Below are positions 1 through 11,744 of a stretch of DNA of 64,000 nucleotides, piece by piece. Position 1 is the stretch's first letter; every line of letters begins with the position of its first letter. The stretch comes from Felis catus (taxonomy: Eukaryota): contig NC_058368.1 in the NCBI RefSeq assembly GCF_018350175.1, positions 177,880,001-177,944,000 on the forward strand, written 5' to 3'. The translations under genes and the position numbers were made by a program. The notes beneath the pieces are model-generated. The model did no database searches and had not been told where the DNA came from. It saw only the letters and a program-made list of their open reading frames with translations.

Positions 1-631
1 TTTTCGATAAACAGAAAATACAGTTTGCACTCTTAGCCTCTTTGTCATCACAAAAAAAGGATTTAATGCCAATTCTTTAAAAAAAGACTTTTTTTCCACA
101 AAATGTGCACCTTGTGTGCCATTTGTAAAATCAGTTCACTTTCTTTTATTTATTACTGCAGCGCGGCAAGGCAATAAAGAAGCTACCGATAGCTAATAAA
201 TTACATGCCTTTTAAAACAATTCTCTTGCTACAGAAACATGTAACTACAAAGGTTTACATTTACATGGTACACCACATGAAATGTCTATATTTGTGTCCT
301 ATTAACCATTTTGGCAAATTGCGGACTTTTACCAAATAGCTGGTAGAGAAAAAGGCAAAGTGATTCACGTATGCCGACACGATATAAAATAAAAAGCCTT
401 TCTAGTAAACTACTCTTACACTGCCTGCACTTCCGAAAAATCTTCCAAAATTTACTGAAACACATGCTTTGATAAATCATTTTATGCATCAAAAAAGTAT
501 TCAAAGGTGTTCTAATCAGGGTTAATTTAAACTTTACTCAGTGAACAGTGAGACCTAAAGTACTTTTTTCCCCCTGATTTATTTTCCTAGTATCATGCAG
601 TCTTTTAAAAATCATAGCTCCTAGCAGTTAC

Positions 632-691
632 TTAGAATAAATTATAAAAAGCAAGATCATTGTTAGAATAAATTATAAAAAGCAAGATCAT
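632..691. repeat. Tandem duplication of a 29-bp unit (31-bp period)
   Basis: ttagaataaattataaaaagcaagatcat at 632-660 and 663-691, identical, separated by 'tg'. Confidence 0.95.
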
Positions 692-1709
692 AGGATGTAA
701 GGCAAAAATGCCCCAAATCTATTCCTTGACATATTTTGTATTTTTAAGACACAAAACTTGGTTATTTATTTATTTAATAAATGTTCATATCAAAGATGTC
801 TTGCTTAGTTATAACCTTTCTTTTAAAACAGTATTATCTTCACATATCCACAAGCACTAACTAAAAGCCTTACTTTACCAAAGTAAGCTGTTTATTTGGT
901 CTTTCTGTCTTATCTATGAACAAATGAATCCTGAAATATCTGTACTCCAATTCTAGGATTAAATTGTTAAATTAATCAGGGTATTTGCTTAATGCTCTCA
1001 TCCTCCACTCTCATGATGAACATGTATTTATGAGGTAGTGTACTGTCTTTTATTATTAATTTCCTCCATTTCCTGTAATAGCTATCATAGCTGTGGCTTT
1101 TTTTGGTTTCATACCTACAAATTTCAACTTTGTTCAATTATGCATGATGAACAATGCTTCAATTTCCAAAGCACAAACAACTTTGTTCCTTTTCATATTT
1201 ACTTTGAGATAATAGTCTACTGTACAAATGAATAAAAATTCTGTATTCTGTAGCACTCCATTCAGATCTATTTCCCCCACCTTGCTTTGGAAATTAGCTT
1301 GATTATGATGATAAACAATCAGGAATATGTGGGAGGTATACCGTTTTTGAAGAGTTCAATGAAATAATTTTTTTTCACCTTCACAGATTTTTTTAAAGGG
1401 GAATTATTACCATTGTGATGATATTCTGCAAACCATGTATCTATACATGCAGAGAATCCTAGTATATTTCCCAATTTATCTTTCGCTCCTTTCTCATAGT
1501 AAATACTTCTGTTTTGAAATCATGACCTTTCTCCATACTGTAGCTGATTTAAAATGGTAAAATTCTCAATTAGCAACCAAGAAAAATAGGTGACAAAACA
1601 ACTACTTTCTCTATGGCCCTCATCTTCTTCCCTTATCTCAACAGAATTTATTTTAAATATTTAATTACTTGGATTATCTTCTTTTTGGCCAATAGAAGGC
1701 TCATTCATT

Positions 1710-1880
1710 GTATTATCTCTCTTGGATCATTAAGAACGCGCATTCAAAGGACAGGTATCATGAACCCCATTTATTTACATGGGGAAAATCAAATAGCGTC
1801 AGGAGACAGCTCAAGATTACACAGTAAAATGACCTCTTATTCACAGGCCTCACTATTTGACAACACTGCTTCCTAGCTAT
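1710..1880 (-). mobile_element. MIR SINE relic
   Basis: Degenerate MIR core (ggtatcatgaaccccatttatttacatggggaaaatc...ctcaagattacacagt). Confidence 0.55.
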
Positions 1881-2289
1881 TGGGAAAAATATGTATTCAC
1901 AGACATTTATTCTGGTAAATCCAAATTCAACTTTCTATCGAGTGCTATTTCAATGTGTGTAAGATAATCCTGACTTACCTCTGGTACCGATATGACAGAG
2001 TAGAACTAGTGGGTAGTTCTTGGTGCCGACAGAGAGGGGAAGGGAATTCATTTGTTTTACTATCACCTTCTTAGAAGCATGCAGCATTTACTTTGACATC
2101 AACCTCCTTGATTTGGCAAACAATCTGAAGTGTATTGATATTTACATTTCTTGGTCTTGTTTTGCAATCTTGAGTGGGAAAGTGGGAAACATAAAGCTGG
2201 ACTTTTCCGGCATCTCTTTGCACCAATATGTAACCAGTTGTATTTTACTTACCTGTTTATGTCATACACAGAACTGAATGATGCTAAAA

Positions 2290-2517
2290 GAAGCCCTGAG
2301 TATTGCCCAGAAATCCTTCCAGGACTTGTCCAAGATGATATTAGGTGACTTCCTTTATGTTCCCACTGTTCTTGGCATATCAGTCATGGGCCTCATCATA
2401 CCGAATAATGATTGCCTGTCAGCTTTGTCTGTGTCCTCCGCCAGCCTGTGAGGGCAGGGCTATCTGTCCCTAGTCATATTGTGTTCTGATGTTTAGCACG
2501 TAGTAGGCAATTACACA
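2290..2517 (+). mobile_element. L2 LINE 3' end relic; tail appears to resume near 3661-3694
   Basis: tgtgagggcagggctatctgtc...tagcacgtagtaggc resembles the L2 3' terminus; tatttgattaatgaatgaaagaat follows after two nested insertions. Confidence 0.6.
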
Positions 2518-2519
2518 TA

Positions 2520-2832
2520 CACTTGACCCTCCAACAACAAGGGTTTGAACTGCACAGGTCCACTTACAAGCGGATTTTTTACAGTATGGTACTATAAATA
2601 TATTTTCTCTAATTACGATTTTCTTAAGAATATTTTCTTTTCTCTAGATTTACTTACAATACATATAAAATTCAAAATATGTGTGAATCTACTGTTTATG
2701 TTACTGGTAAGGCTTCTGGTCAAAAGTAGGTTATTAGCAGTAAAATTATGGGGGACTTGAAAGTTAAACTTGAGTTTTTGACAGTGTAAAGGGGTTGCAC
2801 CCTTAATACCCCTGTTGTTCAAGGGTTAACTG
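2520..2832 (+). mobile_element. Tigger2-family (TcMar-Tigger) non-autonomous DNA transposon
   Basis: Terminal inverted repeats cacttgaccctccaacaaca / tgttgttcaagggttaactg, flanked by TA at 2518-2519 and 2833-2834; 5' sequence gggtttgaactgcacaggtccactta matches Tigger2 consensus as recalled. Confidence 0.85.
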
Positions 2833-2842
2833 TATTTGTAAT

Positions 2843-3659
2843 TCCAGTGTGTTTTTTTCCAACACCAAGCAGTTCTCCAATTCTCAGTGGGAACTGATTG
2901 GATGTCTCCAAAATTTAACTCCATTCTGACACTATCTACCTTCAAATAGTATCAGATCTCACAGGTTAAGGACTCAGTCCCACAAAACTGCCCCTAACTC
3001 AGACACCAACTGAAAGTCCAGATTGTCATCTGTGCTTCTGACTGGGTAGCTACAGATTGAAGGTTCTAATGACCCCCTCTTCGGGTTTGATTATTTGCTA
3101 GAGTAGCCCATAGAACTCACAGAAACATTTTACTTGCTTATTGGTTTATTATAAAAGGATATAACTCAGGAACAACCAGATGGAAGAGATGCTTGGGGCA
3201 AGGTACGTGGGAAGGGGTGCGGAGTTTCCATGTTCTCTGAGCCACTATCCTCAAATCTCTATGTTCACCAACTCAGAAGCTTTCTGAACCACATCCCTTT
3301 GGCTTTTTACGGAGGCTTCGTTACCTAGGCATGGCTGATTAAGTCACCGGCCCTTGGTGACTGAACTCAAACTCCACCCTTTCTCCTTTTCCCAGAGTCC
3401 TGGGAGTGGGACTGAAAGTACCAACGCTCTAATCACATGGTTGAGTCCCCCCCCGCAAGCAGCCCCCATCCTTAGATGCTTTTCTAAAGTCACCTCTTTA
3501 ACATAAACTCACATGTTGGTAAAAGGGGTTTGTTAAGAATATCAAGACACATTTACTGGCTCTTATCACTTAGGAAATTTCAACGGTTTGAGGAGCTCTG
3601 TGCCTGAAAAGGGGACAAAGACCAAACATATATTTCTTATTATAAATCACAATATCACA
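2843..3659 (-). mobile_element. Solo LTR, MER21-like (ERVL class)
   Basis: Minus strand starts tgtgatattgtgatttataataagaaatatatgtttggtctttgtcccc (MER21 5' end); about 820 bp; direct repeat gtaat at 2838-2842 and 3660-3664. Confidence 0.8.
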
Positions 3660-4079
3660 GTAATTATAAGTATTTGATTAATGAATGAAAGAATACAAGA
3701 GTGGCACTGATTCAGCCCCAAATAACATTGTTACAGCTACTAGAAAAATCCTTTTCTGATTTACAATCCTTAAAAACTGAACATTGTCTGGTTTCAGTCC
3801 ACTATATCCTAAATAAAACACTGCTCTCATTAACAACATTTACTTCAGAAAAATAACTAGGATCAGAATAAAATTTCTCTGCTTTTGTTGCAATGAAATT
3901 TGACGATCTCACCTTATCTAATCCACAATCAATCAATAAGAAAATAGTTGATGATCTAGCACTGTCTTAATTGTATTGACAAATATAAGATATATAGACG
4001 ACATTGACTCTGCCTTCAAGATTTTAAACATAAAGCACAAAACAAAGAAGCAAGATTGGGAATTACAGTTCATCATTTA

Positions 4080-4305
4080 ATAGATTTAGAGTTAATCAGA
4101 CCTAAAGGTCAAATCTTGTACATGTAACTTCCTACCACTGTATTCTTAGCCAAGTTATTTCATGGTAGAACTAGGGTTAAGAACCCTAGTTCATCATAAG
4201 ATTAGTTTGAGGTTTATAAGATGTATTGCATGTAAAAGCTTATCATCACAGCGCCTGGCAGATAACAAACAATAAATGACTGTTAACATTGTCATTATTA
4301 TTATT
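4080..4305 (+). mobile_element. MIR SINE relic with its core replaced by a hairpin
   Basis: cagacctaaaggtcaaatc...cttagccaagttattt and 3' part gcatgtaaaagcttatcatcacagcgcctggcagataacaaacaataaatg. Confidence 0.7.
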
Positions 4306-4479
4306 TAACTAAGTTTTAATGAATATGACCCAGGTATTAAGAACTGCAAGAATGATACGTGAATAGAACATTGAAGAATGGGGTGGGGGGAGGCAAGAAC
4401 ACTGAAGAATGGTGATGGGGTGGGGGAGGGGGAGGGGTGGGGAAGAAGGAAAAAGAGAACAAAACAATTTAAGATAAAG

Positions 4480-4680
4480 ATGGTGAGAGTCAACCTGATA
4501 GAGTGGAGCTATTGGAGCTAAAATTGGCTAGTAGATGGGGCTAGATGATGGAGGACCTTAGAAGCCAAGGAGTGATGGCTTGATGTGGGCAAAGAGTCTT
4601 TTGAGTGGGAGGAGGCCTCTGATGAAAGTGGTGTTTAAGATTTGTCCAACTACAGTAAGTATGATGGACCACAGCCAGAC
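4480..4680 (-). mobile_element. L2 relic
   Basis: gtagatggggctagatgatggaggaccttagaagccaaggag...gtgtttaagatttgtcc is typical of antisense L2. Confidence 0.45.
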
Positions 4681-4932
4681 AGGTCAAGGCTTTACCCTTC
4701 TTGGACCCTTTGTTGTCTCTAATACCATGCATTCCCTCTCTTTGATATTCCAGCTTTTATTTATACACTACTCTTTAGTTTTTCATTTTCCTAATTCTTT
4801 ATTTTCAGTTAGAAATTTCTGTTCTCCACATCCTTCAACTGACAGTGTTTTCCCTCCATCCTCATACACCCAGTTTCTCGGGGGAGGCTTATCTGTTTAT
4901 ATAAGATTTTAATTAAATATGTACCAAAATAT

Positions 4933-5171
4933 GGGGCGCCTGGGTGGCTCAGTCGATTAAGCGTCTGACTCTTGGTTTCAGCTCAGGTCATGAGCTCGCA
5001 GTTCATGAGTTCGAGCCCCATGTCGAGCCCCACATAGAGCTCTGTGCTGACAGGTCAGAGCCTGGAACTTGCTTCAGATTCTGTGTCTCTCTCCTTCTCT
5101 GCCCCTCCCCTGTTCACGCTCTCTCTCTCTCTCCTTATCTCTCCAAAATAAACATTAAAAAAAATTTTTTT
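4933..5171 (+). mobile_element. Carnivore tRNA-derived SINE (SINEC)
   Basis: ggggcgcctgggtggctcagtcg head, B box gagttcgagccc, (CT)n tract, aataaa and A tail; TSD aaatatgt(a/t)ccaaaata; internal duplication of tcgagcccca. Confidence 0.95.
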
Positions 5172-5744
5172 AAATATGTTCCAAAATAACTCTAAATCTA
5201 TAGCTCTAAAAGTAAGTACTGAATGTGGAAAAGAAATCCCTCTCTGCCTCTACTGTATTACTGAAGAGAAGCAGAAGGGTTGGGAATTGAAAAGAAATGC
5301 CAACGTGGCCAAATTATGACAATTTGGCTCCATTTCTTTGAATAAGAGGAAGGTCTAAGGTAGGTCTCAAAAGAGATTACTCCTGCCTATGTTAATTATA
5401 TAATAATACAACATATCAGCTCAAAGGCTCATTTGGGTCCAGTAACAGTAAGTTTCTGATTATAATTCCAATGACCTATCCTCCAACTATGACCATTAAC
5501 CCAAAAGGTTGGAGATGTAGTCCAGATATTTCTATTTTTCCTTAGTAACTAGTTCATAATCTTTCACTCATGGATATTCAATGTATTTTCAGTTTGTGGC
5601 ACTTAAAAGTAAGTTCTATAAATTTTATCATCAATCATAGAAAGTAAAACTTCCTCTTATTTTTTCTAAGGCGACTCCCGAATTTAAATACCTAAGAAAT
5701 TTTCAAGTCCTACCAAGACCCTGATTTAAAAAAAAAAAAAAAAG

Positions 5745-5974
5745 GGGGCGCCTGGGTGGCGCAGTCGGTTAAGCGTCCGACTTCAGCCAGGTCACGATCT
5801 CGCGGTCTGTGAGTTCGAGCCCCGCGTCAGGCTCTGGGCTGATGGCTCAGAACCTGGAGCCTGTTTCCGATTCTGTGTCTCCCTCTCTCTCTGCCCCTCC
5901 CCCGTTCATGCTCTGTCTCTCTCTGTCCCAAAAATAAATAAACGTTGAAAAAAAGATTAAAAAAAAAAAAAAAA
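5745..5974 (+). mobile_element. Young feline SINE (SINEC_Fc type)
   Basis: ggggcgcctgggtggcgcagtcggttaagcgtccgacttcagccaggtcacgatctcgcgg; CpGs intact; inserted into a poly-A tract. Confidence 0.97.
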
Positions 5975-6554
5975 CCCACAACTTGACCTTCCCTCTTAAG
6001 TGTTAAGGAAGAGACCTAAGACTTTCATACTATTGAATTTATAGTGTATAAGTGAGCTGTGCTATAAAAAAAAAAGTGAAAATAGATTCTATCTATTAAC
6101 ATTGTGCTTTTAAATCATTCGAGCCACTGAATCTTTGGAGTCTGTTTTGCATAGACCACATTTTTGGGTATGTAACAACATAATCATTTAATTCTGACTA
6201 TAATCTTGAAAGGCTACTAGAGGTCTTAATGTTGACAGACAAAAGTTTGAGGAAAAAACAAACCAGCTACTGTAAATGATTAGAAACAGGCCACAATTGT
6301 TCTTCTTTTCAAGTGAAAGCATTCTTAAAAACCTTGGAAAAAGCAGAAGCAGAGGACCAAATGCCAACAGTATTTCTCAATGACTAGAGAAGAAAATAAA
6401 ATGCCTATATATGACCAAAGCCTAGAGAGAGGAACTTCACAAACCAAATGAAGTGTGCTTACCCGCAACTAAATAAAATGTGCCATCCCTGACTCCTTAT
6501 CCGGAAACCTTCTATCACCAGCGAATCATCTCCTTACTACAACATTTTGGAAAA

Positions 6555-6770
6555 GCAGTGAAGAGCCAGAGAAACTGGAGTTCAGATCCCTAGTCTCAAG
6601 TGTGACCTGAACAATTTTCTCCACTTCTCTAAGAATCAATTTCTTCATCCATGAAATGAAGATAATACCTACCTTGTAAGGTTGTAGAGAGGATTAACAA
6701 TAATTTGGACACAATGCCTAGCACAGTACTTGATGCACAAACGGTATTTTATAATTACTATTTTTATTGA
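6555..6770 (+). mobile_element. MIR SINE relic
   Basis: aagaatcaatttcttcatccatgaaatgaagataatacctaccttgtaaggttgtagagaggattaa...gcctagcacagtacttg. Confidence 0.75.
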
Positions 6771-8269
6771 GAATGTCAGTTGCATATCTAGAAAATAACT
6801 AAGCTTACAAAGAATTAGGAATTTTCATTAAATTGTGCAATGCTTTTCTTTCTTTTTTTTTTTCAATAAGAAGGGATAAGTAAACCATCATTTACATTCA
6901 ATTACTATGCATCTGTTGTTAATGTATACACCATGGCCAGGTATCTATTTAAATTTAAATTTTGATGTCTGAGAGTGAGTGAAAGGAAGAAAGACATTTT
7001 CACTATGTAACATATAACACACGGCACCCAAATTAAAAAGTAACCATTCTCTGGAGCATTAAATGGCAATATGCTAAAAGCACAAGGTTTTTAAACAGCG
7101 GTAAGGATTCCTGGCTTACTGTGAAAAATTCCCAATCATTTTTAAAGCTTTTTTAAAAACCCCAAAATGGCTGACAGTAGGTAAAGAGGATATAAAAGCA
7201 GATGGTTCGGACAGCCTGAATACAGAAAGGCAGGTCTTAGCAAAACAGAAGCATTTGCCAGTTTGCCAACGCTGCTGGTTCCTGCTTCCACATCCCGCTT
7301 GTGTCCCCCCCACATCTGCTCACTGGTGCTCATGTGACACGTTCAACTGACGCAGAGGATGAAGAGGAACAACTTGCAAATCAAGAGCCTACTGAGATCT
7401 GTTATTTAAAAATGGAACTCCCTTTTCTTTGCAGGTTTCTCTCACAATTTTAATCTTAGGTGGAAGAATGATCTTTCTTCAAAATTAAGGCAGAGTCTTT
7501 ACATTTAAGATAATTATTTTAACAATAACACAATAAAGGGATATTAATGCCTCGTTTATGGAACACATTAATAGAGATAGATGCAAACTAACTCAAATCT
7601 TAAACCATGTTTGCAGATTATACCTTCTACATCCCAAATATAATAAAAGAAGAAATTGCCATAAATAAGCATCTAGAAATAGAAAGCAGTCACAGCATCT
7701 TAACCAAACTACACATTATGTCGCATAAAATATCACACTCTCTTTGTCTTTGAACAAACTAAGCTAGGAACTTCGAGGGAGACTATGATATAACTTAGAA
7801 GAAGGCTGAAAACACAGTAAATTAAGAGAATAAAATTAACAGCTCCATAGTGAGGCGACATGGATAGGAACAGTCTTCCCTCTCAGATTCCCTTATTGGT
7901 GTAAAAAGGGATTTTGGAAAATCCCGTAATGGGACACTCACGAAAAATAAGCATAACTCAGACAATAAATAATTCCTGGAATAGTGGAAAAGGTCCAGAA
8001 TATCACCAAAAGGTGGGTCAGGAAGGCTGAGAGTGGATGTTGGTAGATACCAAACTAGGAAAGAAACCTCGTAGAGGAAGTTGAAATGATTTTATGAAAT
8101 TGGGAAAGGTAGCATAACAAGTGAGAAGCCTCATACAGGCTAGCTGCAGAATCCACGGTTAGGTTTACTTTGCTAACACTCAGCCTGCTAGTTGGCCCCT
8201 CTCTGGCTTTCACCTCACCACCTGTGGGGTACTGGAGTTCCAGGAACAGGGATGATGAAACGATAATGA

Positions 8270-8530
8270 AAATAATATAAACAGCTATCATTTACTGAGT
8301 GTTTATTATGTGCAGGGTACTATGCTAGGTACTTTACATGCCTTATCTCATCTAATCGATATAACTCTATGAAGCAGGTGGGCCTGAATATCACAGTTTT
8401 ACCATTAAAGAAACTGAGGTTCAAAGAAGTTATATGATGTGTCTATTGAGTCGCATGGTTGGTAGTGACAGAACTAGGATCTGAACCCAATTAAGAATAA
8501 TTCCAAAGACCACACTCTTAACCAACTGCC
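8270..8530 (-). mobile_element. MIR SINE relic, near full length
   Basis: gctatcattttactgagtgtttattatgtgcagggtactatgctagg...gaaactgaggttcaaagaagtta...agaactaggatctgaaccca. Confidence 0.85.
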
Positions 8531-8829
8531 TTTTATATATGATCATGAAATGCTCTAAGAAAACATAATAGTTACAACAATACCAAACAGGATTAAGCTA
8601 TAAAACTTTTTATAAAGCACATATAATAGCCTCAGACATGGGTTCATAATCAGTTATACTATGAAAAAATCACATTCATTAAATGGGCTTTTCCATATGA
8701 CAATGAAGTTCCATCAATTACATTAAGTAGTTTATTATCTGGTATTTAATTTTTTTACTTTAGTTGTTCAGAAAAGATAAGTGAATCATAATTTTGCTTG
8801 TTCTTCCATTTTCCTTAGACATTAACATG

Positions 8830-9320
8830 CAGTAATTGCCAATATTTACTGCTGTATATGCCCATCGCGGTGCTGAAGTAGGGCTTCTCAGTCTTAGCAC
8901 TACTGACATTTTGAGTTGGATACTTTTTTATTGGTGGGGGGCGGGGGGGGGGCAGTTTAGCCCAGGATGTTTATTAGCAGCATCCCGGGCTTCTATCCAC
9001 TAGATGCCAGTAGCACCCCTCCCCCAAATTGTGACAACCAAAAATGTCTTTAAATATTGTCAAATGTTCTCTGGGAGGTAAAAATCACCCGTGGAGAGAA
9101 ACACTGTGTTAAGCACTTTATGCATATTTCCTCATTTAATGCTCACATTTACCATGAGGTAGGTGCTATTACTATTCTAGTTTTACAATGAAGAAATTGA
9201 GGTGAAGCAATTAGGTGTATTCTCTGAGGCAGGAGAACAAATACGTGGTCGAGTTTGGGTTTAAGTTGAAGCAATTTGACTTCAGAACCTATTCTCTTCC
9301 TGAGTATACTATACTACTTC
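8830..9320 (-). mobile_element. MIR SINE relic interrupted by MER20
   Basis: MIR sequence breaks at gtgctgaag (about 8878) and resumes at tgttaagcactttatgcatatttcctcatttaatgctcac (about 9107). Confidence 0.75.
8879..9106 (-). mobile_element. MER20 (hAT-Charlie) DNA transposon relic
   Basis: ctatccactagatgccagtagcacccctcccccaaattgtgacaaccaaaaatgtct is the reverse complement of the MER20 core; length about 230 bp. Confidence 0.9.
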
Positions 9321-10415
9321 TCTAATAAAATAAATTAGGTTTCCCAGCCCTAAAGGATTGTGAAAGATATTTTTTTTTTCCCGGTTTAACTTACTACTAT
9401 TACCTGGAGGAAAGTTTTAAAAAGGAATATAAAACAAGGTTCACACAGCTCCAATTTCCTTGACTTGTTCCTCTTATCTTAAGGTGGCATGATATAGAAA
9501 TTCTTAACTTTTCAGGGGTCATGAACTTCTTTAAAGATACTGACCATCTCTCAGAAAAACGTACATGTACAATATTTTGCATAATTGTACTTACCCTACA
9601 TGATTGTTGTGAGGCTTAAATTATTATAGGTGTCGAGTACCTCACCTAGCACTGGCACCTAGAAGCTATACAATACATGACAATCCTCTTTTTGATAATT
9701 CTATTTTCTTGTTCTGCTCTTTCTACAAAAGAAGGCCTCATCCACTTTCCAATATGCTCCAGATTTCTGCTGCTCATCATCTATGTTTCTCTTCATCTCT
9801 TCCATGCATGCCATACAAATTTAGTCTTTAGCCTTGTTATGACTATGTGCTCATTTCACCACAATGCCCAGGATGAAAGGAGATCTCCTTGGATGTACCT
9901 CCTTACCAATGTTAGAGGTAAAATCGCATGAGATTGTTGCAAGGAACAGAGAAAATTTGTGAAAAATGTTTGGCATTGTACATTTTAGGTGATTAATAAG
10001 TGTTCATTCTTCCTTCTGGGGTCTATTAGACACAATATGGGATTTCTTCCGAAACATTGTCCTTTGAGTACCTAAAATCAAACCTTAATAACTAAAGTAA
10101 TGCTTTTCCCTGCCTTTTTTGGGGGGAGGGGGGAGGTCAGTTTTTAAAGGAGAAGTAAAGCATTACACAACCTCATGGAAACACTATTTTTAGGGAATAA
10201 AAGTATAGAGGCCACCATGTGACTTTCAAGAGAATCAACATGACATGTACTTTGGGCCTGTTCCCATTTGCAGCTTCATTACTGTCATGGGTAATTTTTG
10301 GTGAGATTTCCTGAAGCTATGTAATGGTTTTTGCTTGTTATTTTACCCATTCTTTCTCTGTAACTCTGATAAAAAAAAGGCATCTCTTTATTTTTGATAC
10401 TATCAAAACATTTAG

Positions 10416-10650
10416 GGGGCGCCTGAGTGTCTCAGTTGGTTGAGTGACTGACTTCGGCTCAAGTCACGATCTCACAGTTCGAGAGTTTGAGCCCCAAGTC
10501 GGGCTCTGTGCTGACAGCTCAGATCCTGGGTCCCCCTTTGGAGTCTAAGTCTCCCTCTTGCTCTCTCCCCCTCCCCCCACTCATGCTCTGTCTCTCTCTG
10601 TCTCTGTGAAAATAAATAAACATTAAAAAAATAATAATAAAAAATAAAAA
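10416..10650 (+). mobile_element. Carnivore SINE (SINEC)
   Basis: ggggcgcctgagtgtctcagttggtt head, CT tract, A-rich tail; TSD core aacatttag. Confidence 0.93.
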
Positions 10651-11744
10651 CAACATTTAGAAATTCCCAAAAAGTTGCTGAGAAGTTTAAAGGGCCAGGG
10701 AACAAAGGAATCTGAGACAGAAATAGGGCAAGTCAACTCTGGGAGCTTTTAGGATATGAATTGTCCCTAGGAATTCACACCAAAGAAAAGTTTCTGCTCC
10801 ACTTCTGTGTTTTATTAGAGAAAGACAAAGGACTGTGGCTTAGCACTGGGTGAAACACAGATTTTTATTTTAAAACATAGGTGGTCAAAGAGATAAGTAC
10901 AGGCTTGGAGACAGAGGATGGTAAGACGAAAGCTAACCTAAAATGTTGGCTGACTCCAGAGTATAATGCCAAGAAAAATGGCCCGCAAAGACAAACTGTT
11001 TGGGGCTTCTAATGATAAAAGAAAGCCTTATGTTTCTTAAGAGCCATTGCTAAGGTTACTAACTAAAATCATTCAAGCTAAAAAATCTGGGTTGACTCTT
11101 CTTTACACATAGAAACCTTGGTATTTAATGTCTAGCCTTCATAGTATATGCTAAAGCATCTCTTGATAAAACAATAGCTCTTTCAATTTAATATCATGCA
11201 AGTATCATACAAATCATTTAATACTGTATTTAGTCACAAAAAAGCCAAGTGAAACATAAATACTCTCCCAACAGGCTGCTTCTCCATACCTCTTTACGCC
11301 TGGAGCCAAAATCTATCACAAGCAAGAACACTCAAGAGAAATAAAATATAAAAATCATGTGTCCTTCCCATTCTCAGTTCCTTAGAACCAATGCAGAGCA
11401 CTCCATGGTCTGTGACATCCAAAGAAGATGATGACAAAAGAAACTACAAATTATCCTGTCTCACAGTAAGTCATAATGTCATTTCAAGTGAAGCAAAACA
11501 CGAAAAGGGATTTCACAGAGAGTCAAACACTCAGTTTTAACAGGTCCTCCAAATCTGATCTATGCTGTGTTGTTGCAGACAGATATTCTCAAGGACAAAA
11601 CACCTTTAACACAACATGTAACAGACACTTGTTGCCTTTGGGCAAGAGGCTGGGGGCATGTACCAGGGAAGCCAGCAAGTGGAAGGGACTCAAATGGCTA
11701 AAGGGCAATGTGTAATTTGTATTTTTTTCCCCTCTAAAATTAAG

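Noticed and set aside
6458..6560. Possible 74-nt minus-strand exon (donor CGG|GTAAGC) with an acceptor next to a MIR
   Set aside because: Weak acceptor and no recognisable coding signal; compatible with chance
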